This document shows, piece by piece, positions 47,715-55,883 of a stretch of 64,000 bases of DNA; within the stretch, counting starts at the first letter, position 1; the number at the start of each line of letters is the position of its first letter. Location of the stretch: positions 21,741 through 85,740 of the forward strand of contig JBBDJW010000005.1 of assembly GCA_040879685.1 (NCBI GenBank), in the 5' to 3' direction. The stretch comes from Minisyncoccota bacterium (lineage in GTDB: Bacteria > Patescibacteriota > Minisyncoccia > Phycocordibacterales > UBA2135). The notes beneath the pieces were generated by a model that saw nothing but the letters and a program-made list of their open reading frames with translations, was not told where the DNA came from and did no database searches. Made by a program: the position numbers and the translations under genes.

Positions 47715-48305
47715 TTATGCGACGGCGGTGCAAGCGGGAAAGATGATGGGGTGCTCGTCTGTAAAAGAGCATCCGCATTCTTTCTCGTGGAGTGACATCA
47801 GTTCGTCACGATGGCGAATAAGGGCTTCAGCGAGCTTACGATCAGCTTCAGCGCCCCTCCGACCAGCTTCAGCGCGCTTACGATTAGCTTCATCACGCTC
47901 CCGACGAGCTTCATCGTACTTCCGCTCAGCTTCAGCGAGCCTCCGATGAGCTTCATTCCACTCCCGATCAGCTTCAATGAGTCTCCGCTGAGCTTCATCA
48001 CGCTCCCGATTAGCTTCATCGTACTTCCGCTCAGCTTCAGCGAGCTTACACACAGCATCTTCAACCTCAGAAGGAATCTCTCCCATAACCGGTTTGAAGA
48101 GCTGGAGACGGAGCTCTCGTTCGTCTACGAATTTTTCCACGATACACGCCACCCGCTCCTTGTAATCCCAGCAGAACTCAATCGCTTCTTCGTTGTGATG
48201 CACATGCCAGTACATACCGGGAGTGAACGTTTTGATACGTTCATCAACAAGTTCTGCTGTCTCCTGGCTGACGCCTTTCACCTCACTCCAGTTTATACTT
48301 TCCAT
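47715..48305 (-). CDS. hypothetical protein with a tandem charged-repeat region (8-aa R..xEAxR periodicity, plus a 35-aa duplication) between unique N- and C-terminal segments
   Basis: Translation ...LAEAERKYDEANRERDEAQRRLIEADREWNEAHRRLAEAERKYDEARRERDEANRKRAEAGRRGAEADRKLAEA... The start is chosen at MESINW (48305), which has a GAGAGAGAGAAG purine tract upstream. No homolog recognised. Confidence 0.6.
   Translation of the reverse strand: MESINWSEVKGVSQETAELVDERIKTFTPGMYWHVHHNEEAIEFCWDYKERVACIVEKFVDERELRLQLFKPVMGEIPSEVEDAVCKLAEAERKYDEANRERDEAQRRLIEADREWNEAHRRLAEAERKYDEARRERDEANRKRAEAGRRGAEADRKLAEALIRHRDELMSLHEKECGCSFTDEHPIIFPACTAVA
47820..48060. repeat. intragenic tandem DNA repeats: 24-nt units containing AGCTTCA, and a 105-nt duplication (53-nt cores at 47888-47940 and 47993-48045, 2 mismatches)
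   Basis: Seen directly. Both periodicities are multiples of 3, so the reading frame is preserved. Confidence 0.8.
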
Positions 48306-48427
48306 CTTCTCTCTCTCTTGTTTGTGAATCTGTACACAGATTGTCATAGTGGAGTGTTTTTGTCAACCCCTCTACAACTCATCCAACGTCTAATGTTGGA
48401 CATTTTGTTTCAGCATAGCTTCTTTCA

Positions 48428-49720
48428 TTAACGGGATAAAAATTTTCTCCCCCGAGACTTAGTGTGAAAGGCAAGCGCGAAGCGATGTGCCTCATAATTG
48501 GCAAGGAGGATAGCTTTTTCATAATGCTTCTTATAGAAAGCACTCCCTTTGATTTCACGAGGTTTATGGTGCTCGTCTTTAACAACACTCACAATAGGGA
48601 TAGACATATCGTGTGAAGCAATAATTTTCTCAGCCACACGCTTTTGAGCAACCCCGCCGTCAACAACAATTAAATCTGGAAGTGGCCACTCGTTGTGGCG
48701 CATACGGCGCGTTAAAATTTCGGCAAGCGCGCCCACATCATCACCTCCCTTTGCTTCACGAATACTAAACTTTCGATACGAAGACGTATCCGTCTCTCCA
48801 CCCACGACGACAACCATGACGCCACCAGTATCTTTGCCTCCAGTATGGGCCACATCATACCCCTCAATACGGAACGTGTTGTACTCTCTTCCATCAAATT
48901 TGCTGGGAAGAAGCGCAACATCTTGAATATGATTCAACGAAAAAATAGTTTTTTTAATTTCTCCAGCCCGCTCATATTCCCTCTCGCGCGCCGAGTGCTT
49001 CATTTCTTTCTCTAGCTTGCGTATGAGGGTCTTTTTCTTTCCGGAAAAGAACATCTCTATATTGCGAATCCGTTCACGATACACCTTTTTTTCTATCTCA
49101 CCGAGACATACGCCAGGACACAGGCCAATCTGATATGAAAAACACGGCCGTGCTTTCTCCTTGGGGGTGAGCTCCACTTTGGGAGTACATCTCTTGTCCC
49201 TGAACGGAAAAATTTTTCTTACAATACCGAGTGCTCTCTTTAAGGTTGTACCTTGCGGGAAGGGCCCAAAGAGGGAGCGAATTTTCCCTGTATCTTTTTG
49301 TTTCAAAAGATCTCGATGGCGCATCACCACAACCTGCGGAAACGCTTCTTTGGTAATAACAATATAATTGAAGCTCTTATCATCTTTCTCTTTTACATTA
49401 TATTTCGGCTGATACTTTTTTATTAAATATGCCTCTACAATAAGCGCCTCAAGGACTGAGTCTGTCTTTTTAATACTTATGTCATGTGCTTTTTCAACCA
49501 TCCGTAAAATAGCCGGGGAACGAGATTCTGGAAGCCCCGCACTAAAATAACTCCGTACACGATTGGAGAGAGAACCAGCCTTCCCAATATAGAGAACCTC
49601 CCTTCCCCGCACCCCTTCTTGAGAAGTTTTTTTACCAAGAAAAAAATACACGCCGGGCGTATGAGGAAGCTTTTTTTTCTGTAGTGCTTGAAGATTCATG
49701 GTATTTAGAGTATCATACAA
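48428..49720 (-). CDS. uvrC: excinuclease ABC subunit C, short form: GIY-YIG, Cys cluster, UVR domain and RNase H-like endonuclease domain are present, but no C-terminal (HhH)2 domain
   Basis: PGVYFFLGKK...VLYIGKAGSLSNRVRSYF (GIY-YIG), REYERAGEIKKTIFSL (UVR), RIEGYDVAHTGG...LIVVDGG (endonuclease domain), and the tail AHRFAL. Only 80 nt lie between it and the next gene. Confidence 0.8.
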   Translation of the reverse strand: MYDTLNTMNLQALQKKKLPHTPGVYFFLGKKTSQEGVRGREVLYIGKAGSLSNRVRSYFSAGLPESRSPAILRMVEKAHDISIKKTDSVLEALIVEAYLIKKYQPKYNVKEKDDKSFNYIVITKEAFPQVVVMRHRDLLKQKDTGKIRSLFGPFPQGTTLKRALGIVRKIFPFRDKRCTPKVELTPKEKARPCFSYQIGLCPGVCLGEIEKKVYRERIRNIEMFFSGKKKTLIRKLEKEMKHSAREREYERAGEIKKTIFSLNHIQDVALLPSKFDGREYNTFRIEGYDVAHTGGKDTGGVMVVVVGGETDTSSYRKFSIREAKGGDDVGALAEILTRRMRHNEWPLPDLIVVDGGVAQKRVAEKIIASHDMSIPIVSVVKDEHHKPREIKGSAFYKKHYEKAILLANYEAHRFALAFHTKSRGRKFLSR

Positions 49721-49766
49721 TTTTAGAACACTTCTTTTTTAGACAACCAACAAAGGGGAGATCAGG

Positions 49767-50126
49767 ATGTTAGAAAAATCTACTTCAAAAGCTTTTGAAG
49801 AAGCGGATTTGCCAGCTAATAAGGATAGGATTGAGAAAGCAATATGCAGATACATCCGCAAACAATTTGAAAAAATTGTTAAAAACACTTTTAACGAACA
49901 CGGAACACAAGATTCCGAACCTGCCCGCGAAGCTATCCGCCATCAACTCGACATGGTTGGAACTGCCGCAGACAGAGCCTTCTGGGATCTTTTTGAAGAA
50001 AAGGATGAGTTACCTGAAACTGAGTGGCATACTCTGTATAAATTTTCTCTCTGGACGGCTGAAAAAGAAAAACACCCATTCTATCAGAGAGTAAACTCGG
50101 AAAAAGCTCTTTGTGTTACTCTTTAG
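49767..50126 (+). CDS. hypothetical small protein (119 aa)
   Basis: Divergent from uvrC and convergent with uvrA. It has its own terminator and no recognisable motif. Confidence 0.45.
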   Translation: MLEKSTSKAFEEADLPANKDRIEKAICRYIRKQFEKIVKNTFNEHGTQDSEPAREAIRHQLDMVGTAADRAFWDLFEEKDELPETEWHTLYKFSLWTAEKEKHPFYQRVNSEKALCVTL

Positions 50127-50130
50127 ATTT

Positions 50131-50165
50131 TTTTCAAAGACACCTTTTGGTGTCTTTATTTTTTG
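50131..50165. terminator. bidirectional terminator ttttttcAAAGACACCttttGGTGTCTTTattttttg between the small plus-strand gene and uvrA
   Basis: 9-bp stem with T-runs on both sides. Overlaps the uvrA stop codon. Confidence 0.75.
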
Positions 50166-52810
50166 CGAATGGTTTTCTTATTTCTCTTTATTGCCTTTTC
50201 ATCAAGGACTTTTTTTAAATACCTTCCCGTAAGAGAATTTTTATCCTGTACCAGTGCTTCAGGAGTGCCTTGCGCGACCACCTTACCTCCTTTTTCTCCT
50301 CCAGAAGGACCAAAGTCAATAATATAATCAGCGCTTTTAATAATATCCATATTATGCTCAATCATCAAAACAGAATTGCCACGCGAAATGAGTTTTTGAA
50401 GTATTTCAATCAATTTTTTCACATCCTCATAATGAAGCCCTACGGTGGGCTCATCCAAGATATAAAGCGTCTTACTTGTAAGCGGACGATATAATTCTGA
50501 GGCAATCTTGACTCTCTGTGCCTCCCCTCCGGAGAGGGTCGTGGCAGGTTGGCCAAGTTCAAGATAACCAAGTCCCACCTCATCTAAGGTACTGAGACGG
50601 TCATAAATTGCTGGAATATCCTTGAAAAAAGAGAGGCTCTCCTCAACAGTCATTTTTAAACAATCATAAATTGATTTCCCTTTATATTTTACTTCAAGCG
50701 TCTCCTTTTGAAATCGTTTTCCTCCACACACATCACATGAGACATACACAGTCGGCAAAAAGTGCATTTCCACAGCAATAACTCCATTCCCCATACATGC
50801 CTCACACCTTCCTCCTTTCACATTAAACGAGAATCTCCCCGGCTTCCACCCTCGTTGGCGCGCCTCACTGGTGAGCGCAAAAAGATCTCTCATATGCGTA
50901 AAGGTGCCGGTGTACGTTGCCGGATTTGAACGAGGTGTTCTCCCAATGGGAGTTTGGTCAATCAAAGAAGTTCTGTTAATGTATTCTGCGCCTGTAAACG
51001 ATGTGCAGTTATAAACGGCGGGGTTATTTCTTTTTCGTTCAAATTTACTTTGTAGGTTTTTGTAAATAATCTCATAAACAAAGGATGATTTGCCTGAACC
51101 GGAGACGCCCGTCACTACACACATCCTCCCAAGTGGCACGGTAACATTTAGTTTTGTGATGTTAAAGACCTCTCCACCACGCACCTTAAGCGAGCCACGC
51201 TCTTCGCAACGACGCTTCTCCGGCAAAGGAACTTCCCTCTCCCCACGCAAATAATCAAGCGTCAATGATTGATACTTCTTTTTGTCTTTCAGCGCTGTTT
51301 CAAGTTCCTCTGAAACCATAACCTCCCCACCGTGAATACCGGCGGCAGGGCCAATGTCAACGATATAATCAGCAGAAAAAATAGTATCTTCATCATGCTC
51401 AACAACAATAATTGTGTTGCCGATATCACGTAAATCCTGCAGTGTTGCAATTAAACGGTCATTGTCGGAAGGATGAAGACCGATGGTCGGCTCATCCAAG
51501 ACATAGAGCGCGCCAACAAGGCGTGAGCCTAATTGTGAAGCAAGCCTCATGCGCTGTGCCTCACCGCCAGAGAGTGTATTTGCCCGCCTATTGAGCGTTA
51601 GATATTCAATGCCGACATTGATCATAAAAGAAAGGCGGCTGGTTATCTCGCGAATCACCATATTTGAAATTTCCTGTTCTGTCTCAGAAAGTTTTACTTT
51701 TTGGAAAAATTCGGTTGCGTTTTCAATAGAAAGTCCCACAAGGTCAACAATGTTTATTCCTCCATCTTGAGGCCCGGCACCAAGATAGACATGGAGTGCT
51801 TCTTTACGAAGTCGCGCACCCTGACATTCTGGGCATACTTCAACACCATTAAAAAAACGTGTTCCTAGTCCATTACATTCCGGACATGCGCCGGCAGGAG
51901 AGTTAAATGAAAAAAGCCGTGGCTCTATTTCAGGATATGAAAAGCCATCATACGGACACATAAATTTCGCACTCACAAGACGTTCTTTACTCGCCCCTCC
52001 CACACCTCCTTCTGGAATCTCAAAACGTATAAGCCCGTCGGTATGATGAAGCGCCCTCTCCAGCGCGTCAGAGAGCCGCTCACGCGCTGCATTTTTGTTG
52101 TCCTGAAATTCACTAATATAAAGCTCATCAACCACCACATCAATATCATGCTTTTTATTTTTATTCATCTCAATTCGTTCACGAAGTGCTTTCATGACGC
52201 CATCAATTCTAACTGTGCTATACCCTTTATCAAGTAAGTCATAGAGGAGTTGGTAATACTCCCCCTTTCGCCCCACAACAACAGGAGCGAAAATTCTCAC
52301 CTTCATAGCGTCTACAGCAACGCCGAGCACCTTCTTTGATTTTTGTTTTTTAGAAAGAGTAAGAACTTCTTCTGTAATAAGGTTTATAATTTCTTCATTT
52401 GAAAGCTTTTTAATTTCTCTGCCACACTCCAAACAGTGCGGTCTGCCGATGCGCGCATAAAGCACTCGCAGATAATCGTATATCTCCGTGATGGTGGCAA
52501 CGGTTGAGCGAGGATTTGATGAGGCCGATTTTTGGTCAATAGAAATTGCCGGTGAGAGTCCTGAAATTTCATCAACATCCGGCTTCTGCATTTGGCGTAG
52601 GAATTGTCGGGCATATGACGAAAGAGACTCAACATAGCGCCTCTGCCCCTCTGCAAAGATGGTGTCAAAAGCAAGTGATGACTTGCCCGAACCGGAAAGA
52701 CCTGTGAAAACAATCATTTTTTCGCGCGGAATCTCCACGGTGATATTCTTTAAGTTATGAGTTCGCGCACCCTTCACAACTATTTTTCCTTTATTATTTT
52801 TTTTCTCCAT
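50156..52810 (-). CDS. uvrA: excinuclease ABC subunit A
   Basis: Two ABC modules: [28 protein letters not shown], zinc fingers and LSGGE signatures. Start at MEKKNNKG (52810); the ORF-track extension to 52948 is rejected. Confidence 0.93.
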   Translation of the reverse strand: MEKKNNKGKIVVKGARTHNLKNITVEIPREKMIVFTGLSGSGKSSLAFDTIFAEGQRRYVESLSSYARQFLRQMQKPDVDEISGLSPAISIDQKSASSNPRSTVATITEIYDYLRVLYARIGRPHCLECGREIKKLSNEEIINLITEEVLTLSKKQKSKKVLGVAVDAMKVRIFAPVVVGRKGEYYQLLYDLLDKGYSTVRIDGVMKALRERIEMNKNKKHDIDVVVDELYISEFQDNKNAARERLSDALERALHHTDGLIRFEIPEGGVGGASKERLVSAKFMCPYDGFSYPEIEPRLFSFNSPAGACPECNGLGTRFFNGVEVCPECQGARLRKEALHVYLGAGPQDGGINIVDLVGLSIENATEFFQKVKLSETEQEISNMVIREITSRLSFMINVGIEYLTLNRRANTLSGGEAQRMRLASQLGSRLVGALYVLDEPTIGLHPSDNDRLIATLQDLRDIGNTIIVVEHDEDTIFSADYIVDIGPAAGIHGGEVMVSEELETALKDKKKYQSLTLDYLRGEREVPLPEKRRCEERGSLKVRGGEVFNITKLNVTVPLGRMCVVTGVSGSGKSSFVYEIIYKNLQSKFERKRNNPAVYNCTSFTGAEYINRTSLIDQTPIGRTPRSNPATYTGTFTHMRDLFALTSEARQRGWKPGRFSFNVKGGRCEACMGNGVIAVEMHFLPTVYVSCDVCGGKRFQKETLEVKYKGKSIYDCLKMTVEESLSFFKDIPAIYDRLSTLDEVGLGYLELGQPATTLSGGEAQRVKIASELYRPLTSKTLYILDEPTVGLHYEDVKKLIEILQKLISRGNSVLMIEHNMDIIKSADYIIDFGPSGGEKGGKVVAQGTPEALVQDKNSLTGRYLKKVLDEKAIKRNKKTIRKK

Positions 52811-52830
52811 ACTACCTAAAAACACAAGAG

Positions 52831-52860
52831 CACTCCCCCGTCGTGTCCGTAGGGGGAGTG
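52831..52860 (-). promoter_or_regulatory. hairpin CACTCCCCC-N12-GGGGGAGTG immediately upstream of the uvrA ribosome-binding site (AGGUAG) and start codon; a possible attenuator or leader structure
   Basis: On the minus strand the stem is followed by CUCUUGUGUUUUUAGGUAGU-AUG. Confidence 0.4.
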
Positions 52861-52943
52861 TGTCTTTCTTTAATACTAGAAACCTACCATGAAATACCCC
52901 TAAGTACAACTCGCAGTAAACCTTTGTGCTTTCCATGGGATTA

Positions 52944-53079
52944 TGCAAAGAAAAAGCCGCGTCTTAAAAAGAGCGGCTTATATGGCGTTAGATTGAATCC
53001 CGGAGAAGCTCCGGTCTGCTGTAGTCCTTAGACCTTTGGTACAAGTATTAGACCCGCCTTCCGAAGTTCAATCTAACAA
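52944..53079 (-). ncRNA. candidate small RNA or structured leader of about 135 nt. 5' and 3' ends pair over 11 bp (GUUAGAUUGAA / UUCAAUCUAAC), there are internal hairpins, and it ends in an intrinsic terminator. Its identity is unknown.
   Basis: Minus strand, starting at the TSS: TTGCTT-N16-TATACT promoter (plus coordinates 53084-53111), then gttagattgaa (pairs with 52987-52997), CCGGAG/CTCCGG and GGUCU/AGACC hairpins, then terminator AAGCCGC-N12-GCGGCTT + UUUUUCUUU (52944-52979). No ORF. Not tRNA-like. Confidence 0.45.
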
Positions 53080-53083
53080 AAGC

Positions 53084-53111
53084 AGTATAGCAGATGGATA
53101 GTTTTAAGCAA
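53084..53111 (-). promoter_or_regulatory. sigma70-like promoter TTGCTT-N16-TATACT driving the candidate sRNA/leader
   Basis: Read on the minus strand. Confidence 0.4.
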
Positions 53112-53320
53112 CCCCATCTATGACCGCAGGTACTTTTGCACTCCGCTGGTAATTTCTCATAGTGTAGTAGTTTTCCAACCGGTGTCAGCTTGTTCCGTAT
53201 TGTAGAAGAGGAGCCACTACATACTATAGAGTATATGTGTTTATTACTTATAACGATAAGAACCTATACCCCATACTACGCTATAGCGTATAATAGGGTA
53301 TAGGTAGTAACTCAATAGAG

Positions 53321-53373
53321 GTGGTTATTAAAATATGGACATCGGATGTCCATATTTTAATAACCCAACCACC
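53321..53373. terminator. large hairpin/terminator downstream of uvrB. The core is a perfect palindrome AAAATATGGACATCgGATGTCCATATTTT (53330-53358), extended by GGTGGTTATT / AATAACC-CAA-CCACC.
   Basis: Seen directly. A/T flanks. 15 nt past the uvrB stop. Confidence 0.7.
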
Positions 53374-53388
53374 TAAAGACTAAGGGCT

Positions 53389-55410
53389 TCATGACTTCTC
53401 TTGGAGAGCAAGAATCTCATCACGCAGAAGTGCTGCCGTCTCAAAGTCTAAAATCTTAACCGCTTCGTTCATCTGACGCTCTTTTTCTTTGATGAGCTTC
53501 TTGGGTGCCCTTTTATAGAGATCTCGGTCAACTTCAAGAAGCGTTTTGAGCGCTCGCTCATGCTCGCTTTCAAGCTGTTGTGTAATATCATTAATCGCCT
53601 TCTTGATACCTTGCGGAGTAATGCCGTGTTTTTTATTGTATGCTTCTTGAATTTCTCGTCTACGCTGTGTCTCATCAAGCGCTCGTTGCATAGAGCCTGT
53701 TATCTTATCGGCATAGAGAATCACTTTTCCATTGATATTACGCGCCGCACGGCCAATGGTCTGAATGAGAGATGTCTCGCTCCGTAAAAATCCCTCTTTA
53801 TCAGCATCCAGAATCCCAATAAGAGAAACCTCCGGCAAATCCAGTCCTTCCCGCAAAAGATTCACTCCCACAAGACAATCAAACACCCCCCTTCTAAAAT
53901 CAGTAAGTATTTTTATTCGTTCAATTGTTTTGACATCGCTGTGCACAAACTCCGCCTTCACACCCTTTTCATTAAGGTAAGTTGTCAAATCTTCTGCCAT
54001 GCGCTTGGTAAGCGTTGTTACCATCGTACGATCTCCCTTTTTCACCACGCGCACTGCCTTGTCAATAAAGTCATGAATCTGCCCTTTATACTCACCCTTT
54101 TCAATAACTCCACAAACGACAAGCTCGGGGTCCAAAAGCCCCGTAGGGCGTATCACCTGCTCAACAATGTGCATCGGATCGGTGTTTTCTCTTTCATATG
54201 CTCCGGGAGTTGCCGAAGTGTAGAGTCGTTGCCCCACACGTTCCTCAAATTCATAAAATTTCAAAGGACGGTTATCAAGCGCTGAAGGAAGTCTGAAACC
54301 ATGTTCTACTAAATTTTTCTTTCGTGAAGCATCTCCTACATGCATACCCGCAAGCTGAGGGATGCTAACATGAGACTCATCTATAATGGTCAAGAAATCC
54401 GCGCTTCCGTCCTTGTTTCTAGGAAAGTATGAAAGAAGTGTATCGGGCGCTTCGCCTTTTTTCTTGCCAGAGAGATGTCGTGAATAATTTTCAATGCCGT
54501 TACAATACCCAACTTCACGAAGAAGTGTGATGTCGCCTTTTGTTCTGCGTACAAGTCTGTCTGCCTCAAGAATTTTGCCCATATCCTGAAGCTCTTTTAC
54601 TCTTTGTTTTAGTTCGGCTTGTATGTTTTTAATCGCTCCCTCCAATCGTTCTTTGTTAGTAACAAAATGCTTTGCCGGAAAAAGATAATATATATCAACT
54701 TCTTCAAGTATGGTGTTGCTTACAGGATCAATCTTCACAATGCGAGAAACCTCATCTCCATCAAGCTCAACGCGAAATGTCTGCCTCACATTAACCGGCA
54801 TAATCTCAACCACGTTGCCGATAACCCGAAAGTATCCCGGAGTAAGATCAGCTGGCGTCCTTTCAAAATACAAAGAAACGAGGAGCCTTAAAAATTCCTT
54901 TCTACTTGCCTTCATTCCTTTTTTAATCTCCAAGTGCTCTTTTCTATACTCATCAGGACTTCCTAATCCATAGATTGCAGAGACAGAAGCAACCACAATA
55001 ACATCACGTCTGCTTAAAAGGTCTTGCGTTGTCGCGTGCCGAAGGCGGTCAATCTCTTCATTGACCTGTGCTTCTTTTTCAATATAGGTGTCTGAAATAG
55101 GAACATACGCCTCCGGTTGGTAATAATCATAATACGAAACGAAATAGTGCACCGCATTATTTGGAAAAAAATCTCGGTATTCCTGTACAAGCTGAGCGGC
55201 AAGCGTCTTATTGTGAGCAATGATAAGCGTTGGCTTATTTATACGCTCAATAATATTTGCCGCCGTAAATGTCTTACCTGAACCCGTCACACCCAAAAGC
55301 GTCTGGTGCTTTACACCGGTTTTAATGCCACGATACAGTGCCTCAATCGCCTTAGGCTGGTCGCCTTCCGGTTTGTAGTGCGAGGAAAGTTCTAGATTTT
55401 TTTGCGCCAT
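53389..55410 (-). CDS. uvrB: excinuclease ABC subunit B
   Basis: LLGVTGSGKTFTAANIIERINKPTLIIAHNKTLAAQL, helicase motifs and a UVR domain at the C-terminus. 673 aa. Confidence 0.95.
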   Translation of the reverse strand: MAQKNLELSSHYKPEGDQPKAIEALYRGIKTGVKHQTLLGVTGSGKTFTAANIIERINKPTLIIAHNKTLAAQLVQEYRDFFPNNAVHYFVSYYDYYQPEAYVPISDTYIEKEAQVNEEIDRLRHATTQDLLSRRDVIVVASVSAIYGLGSPDEYRKEHLEIKKGMKASRKEFLRLLVSLYFERTPADLTPGYFRVIGNVVEIMPVNVRQTFRVELDGDEVSRIVKIDPVSNTILEEVDIYYLFPAKHFVTNKERLEGAIKNIQAELKQRVKELQDMGKILEADRLVRRTKGDITLLREVGYCNGIENYSRHLSGKKKGEAPDTLLSYFPRNKDGSADFLTIIDESHVSIPQLAGMHVGDASRKKNLVEHGFRLPSALDNRPLKFYEFEERVGQRLYTSATPGAYERENTDPMHIVEQVIRPTGLLDPELVVCGVIEKGEYKGQIHDFIDKAVRVVKKGDRTMVTTLTKRMAEDLTTYLNEKGVKAEFVHSDVKTIERIKILTDFRRGVFDCLVGVNLLREGLDLPEVSLIGILDADKEGFLRSETSLIQTIGRAARNINGKVILYADKITGSMQRALDETQRRREIQEAYNKKHGITPQGIKKAINDITQQLESEHERALKTLLEVDRDLYKRAPKKLIKEKERQMNEAVKILDFETAALLRDEILALQEKS

Positions 55411-55458
55411 AGAAATGGAGTATAGCGCAAAGAGAGGTTTTATAAAAATGCCTGAACC

Positions 55459-55494
55459 TTTTCCAATACGCCAGACGCCTGGCGTATTGGAAAA
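55459..55494. promoter_or_regulatory. 36-bp perfect palindrome TTTTCCAATACGCCAGacgcCTGGCGTATTGGAAAA just upstream of a putative uvrB promoter (TTTATA-N16-TATACT, then about 8 nt to the ATG)
   Basis: Seen directly. 16-bp perfect arms. 49-84 nt upstream of the uvrB start codon. Confidence 0.5.
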
Positions 55495-55690
55495 TTATGC
55501 AAAGGAGGACTTTACCCCCAGCGCTTGCCCCGCCATCTGGAAATACATACCCGGCAGTAATACAATGTCCAAAATCTGATTTATGACATTGTTTTGAAAT
55601 TTTGGACACTCCTTGTATCATAAAAACATTCAAACATTATTGATAATGTTTAAATGTTTTACTCTCTTCTCTACTACTGCCGACCGACCA

Positions 55691-55849
55691 CCTGCCGGCA
55701 GGCCTTATACACGCTTTCTCCTCACCACTTTACTTTAAAATTATATATTCAGACCTATAGGTCTGAATATATAATTTTCTCTCTCTTCACTCCTTTCTAC
55801 CTGCCGGCAAGCAGACTCCTCCCTCCTCATTCCCTCTCTGCCGGCAAGT
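55691..55849. promoter_or_regulatory. three copies of the palindromic core TGCCGGCA (CCTGCCGGCAGG at 55691-55702, CTGCCGGCAAG at 55801-55811 and 55838-55848) in a CT-rich tract, flanking a 42-bp perfect A/T-flanked palindrome
   Basis: Seen directly in the sequence. Confidence 0.5.
55737..55778. repeat. 42-bp perfect palindrome AAAATTATATATTCAGACCTA|TAGGTCTGAATATATAATTTT (possible bidirectional terminator)
   Basis: Seen directly. Downstream of the trxB and small-ORF transcription unit. Confidence 0.6.
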
Positions 55850-55883
55850 TTACCCTTTATTACACCTATACAAAATACCTATA

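Noticed and set aside
47811-48431. 206-aa plus-strand ORF antisense to the repeat-protein gene
   Set aside because: It is a shadow ORF created by the low-complexity repeats on the opposite strand. It has no start context.
50156-52948. N-terminal 46-aa extension of the uvrA ORF and similar extensions (trxB to 57251, dnaJ to 31914, pilin to 44625, pfkB from 57163, LOG from 16363)
   Set aside because: The extensions lack conservation and overlap upstream genes or terminators. Internal ATG codons coincide with the conserved protein N-termini.
52987-53015. tRNA-like T-loop impression (gattgaatcccgg) in the uvrA-uvrB spacer
   Set aside because: No acceptor stem, D-arm or anticodon arm can be built. 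The segment is better explained as part of the closed sRNA-like structure.
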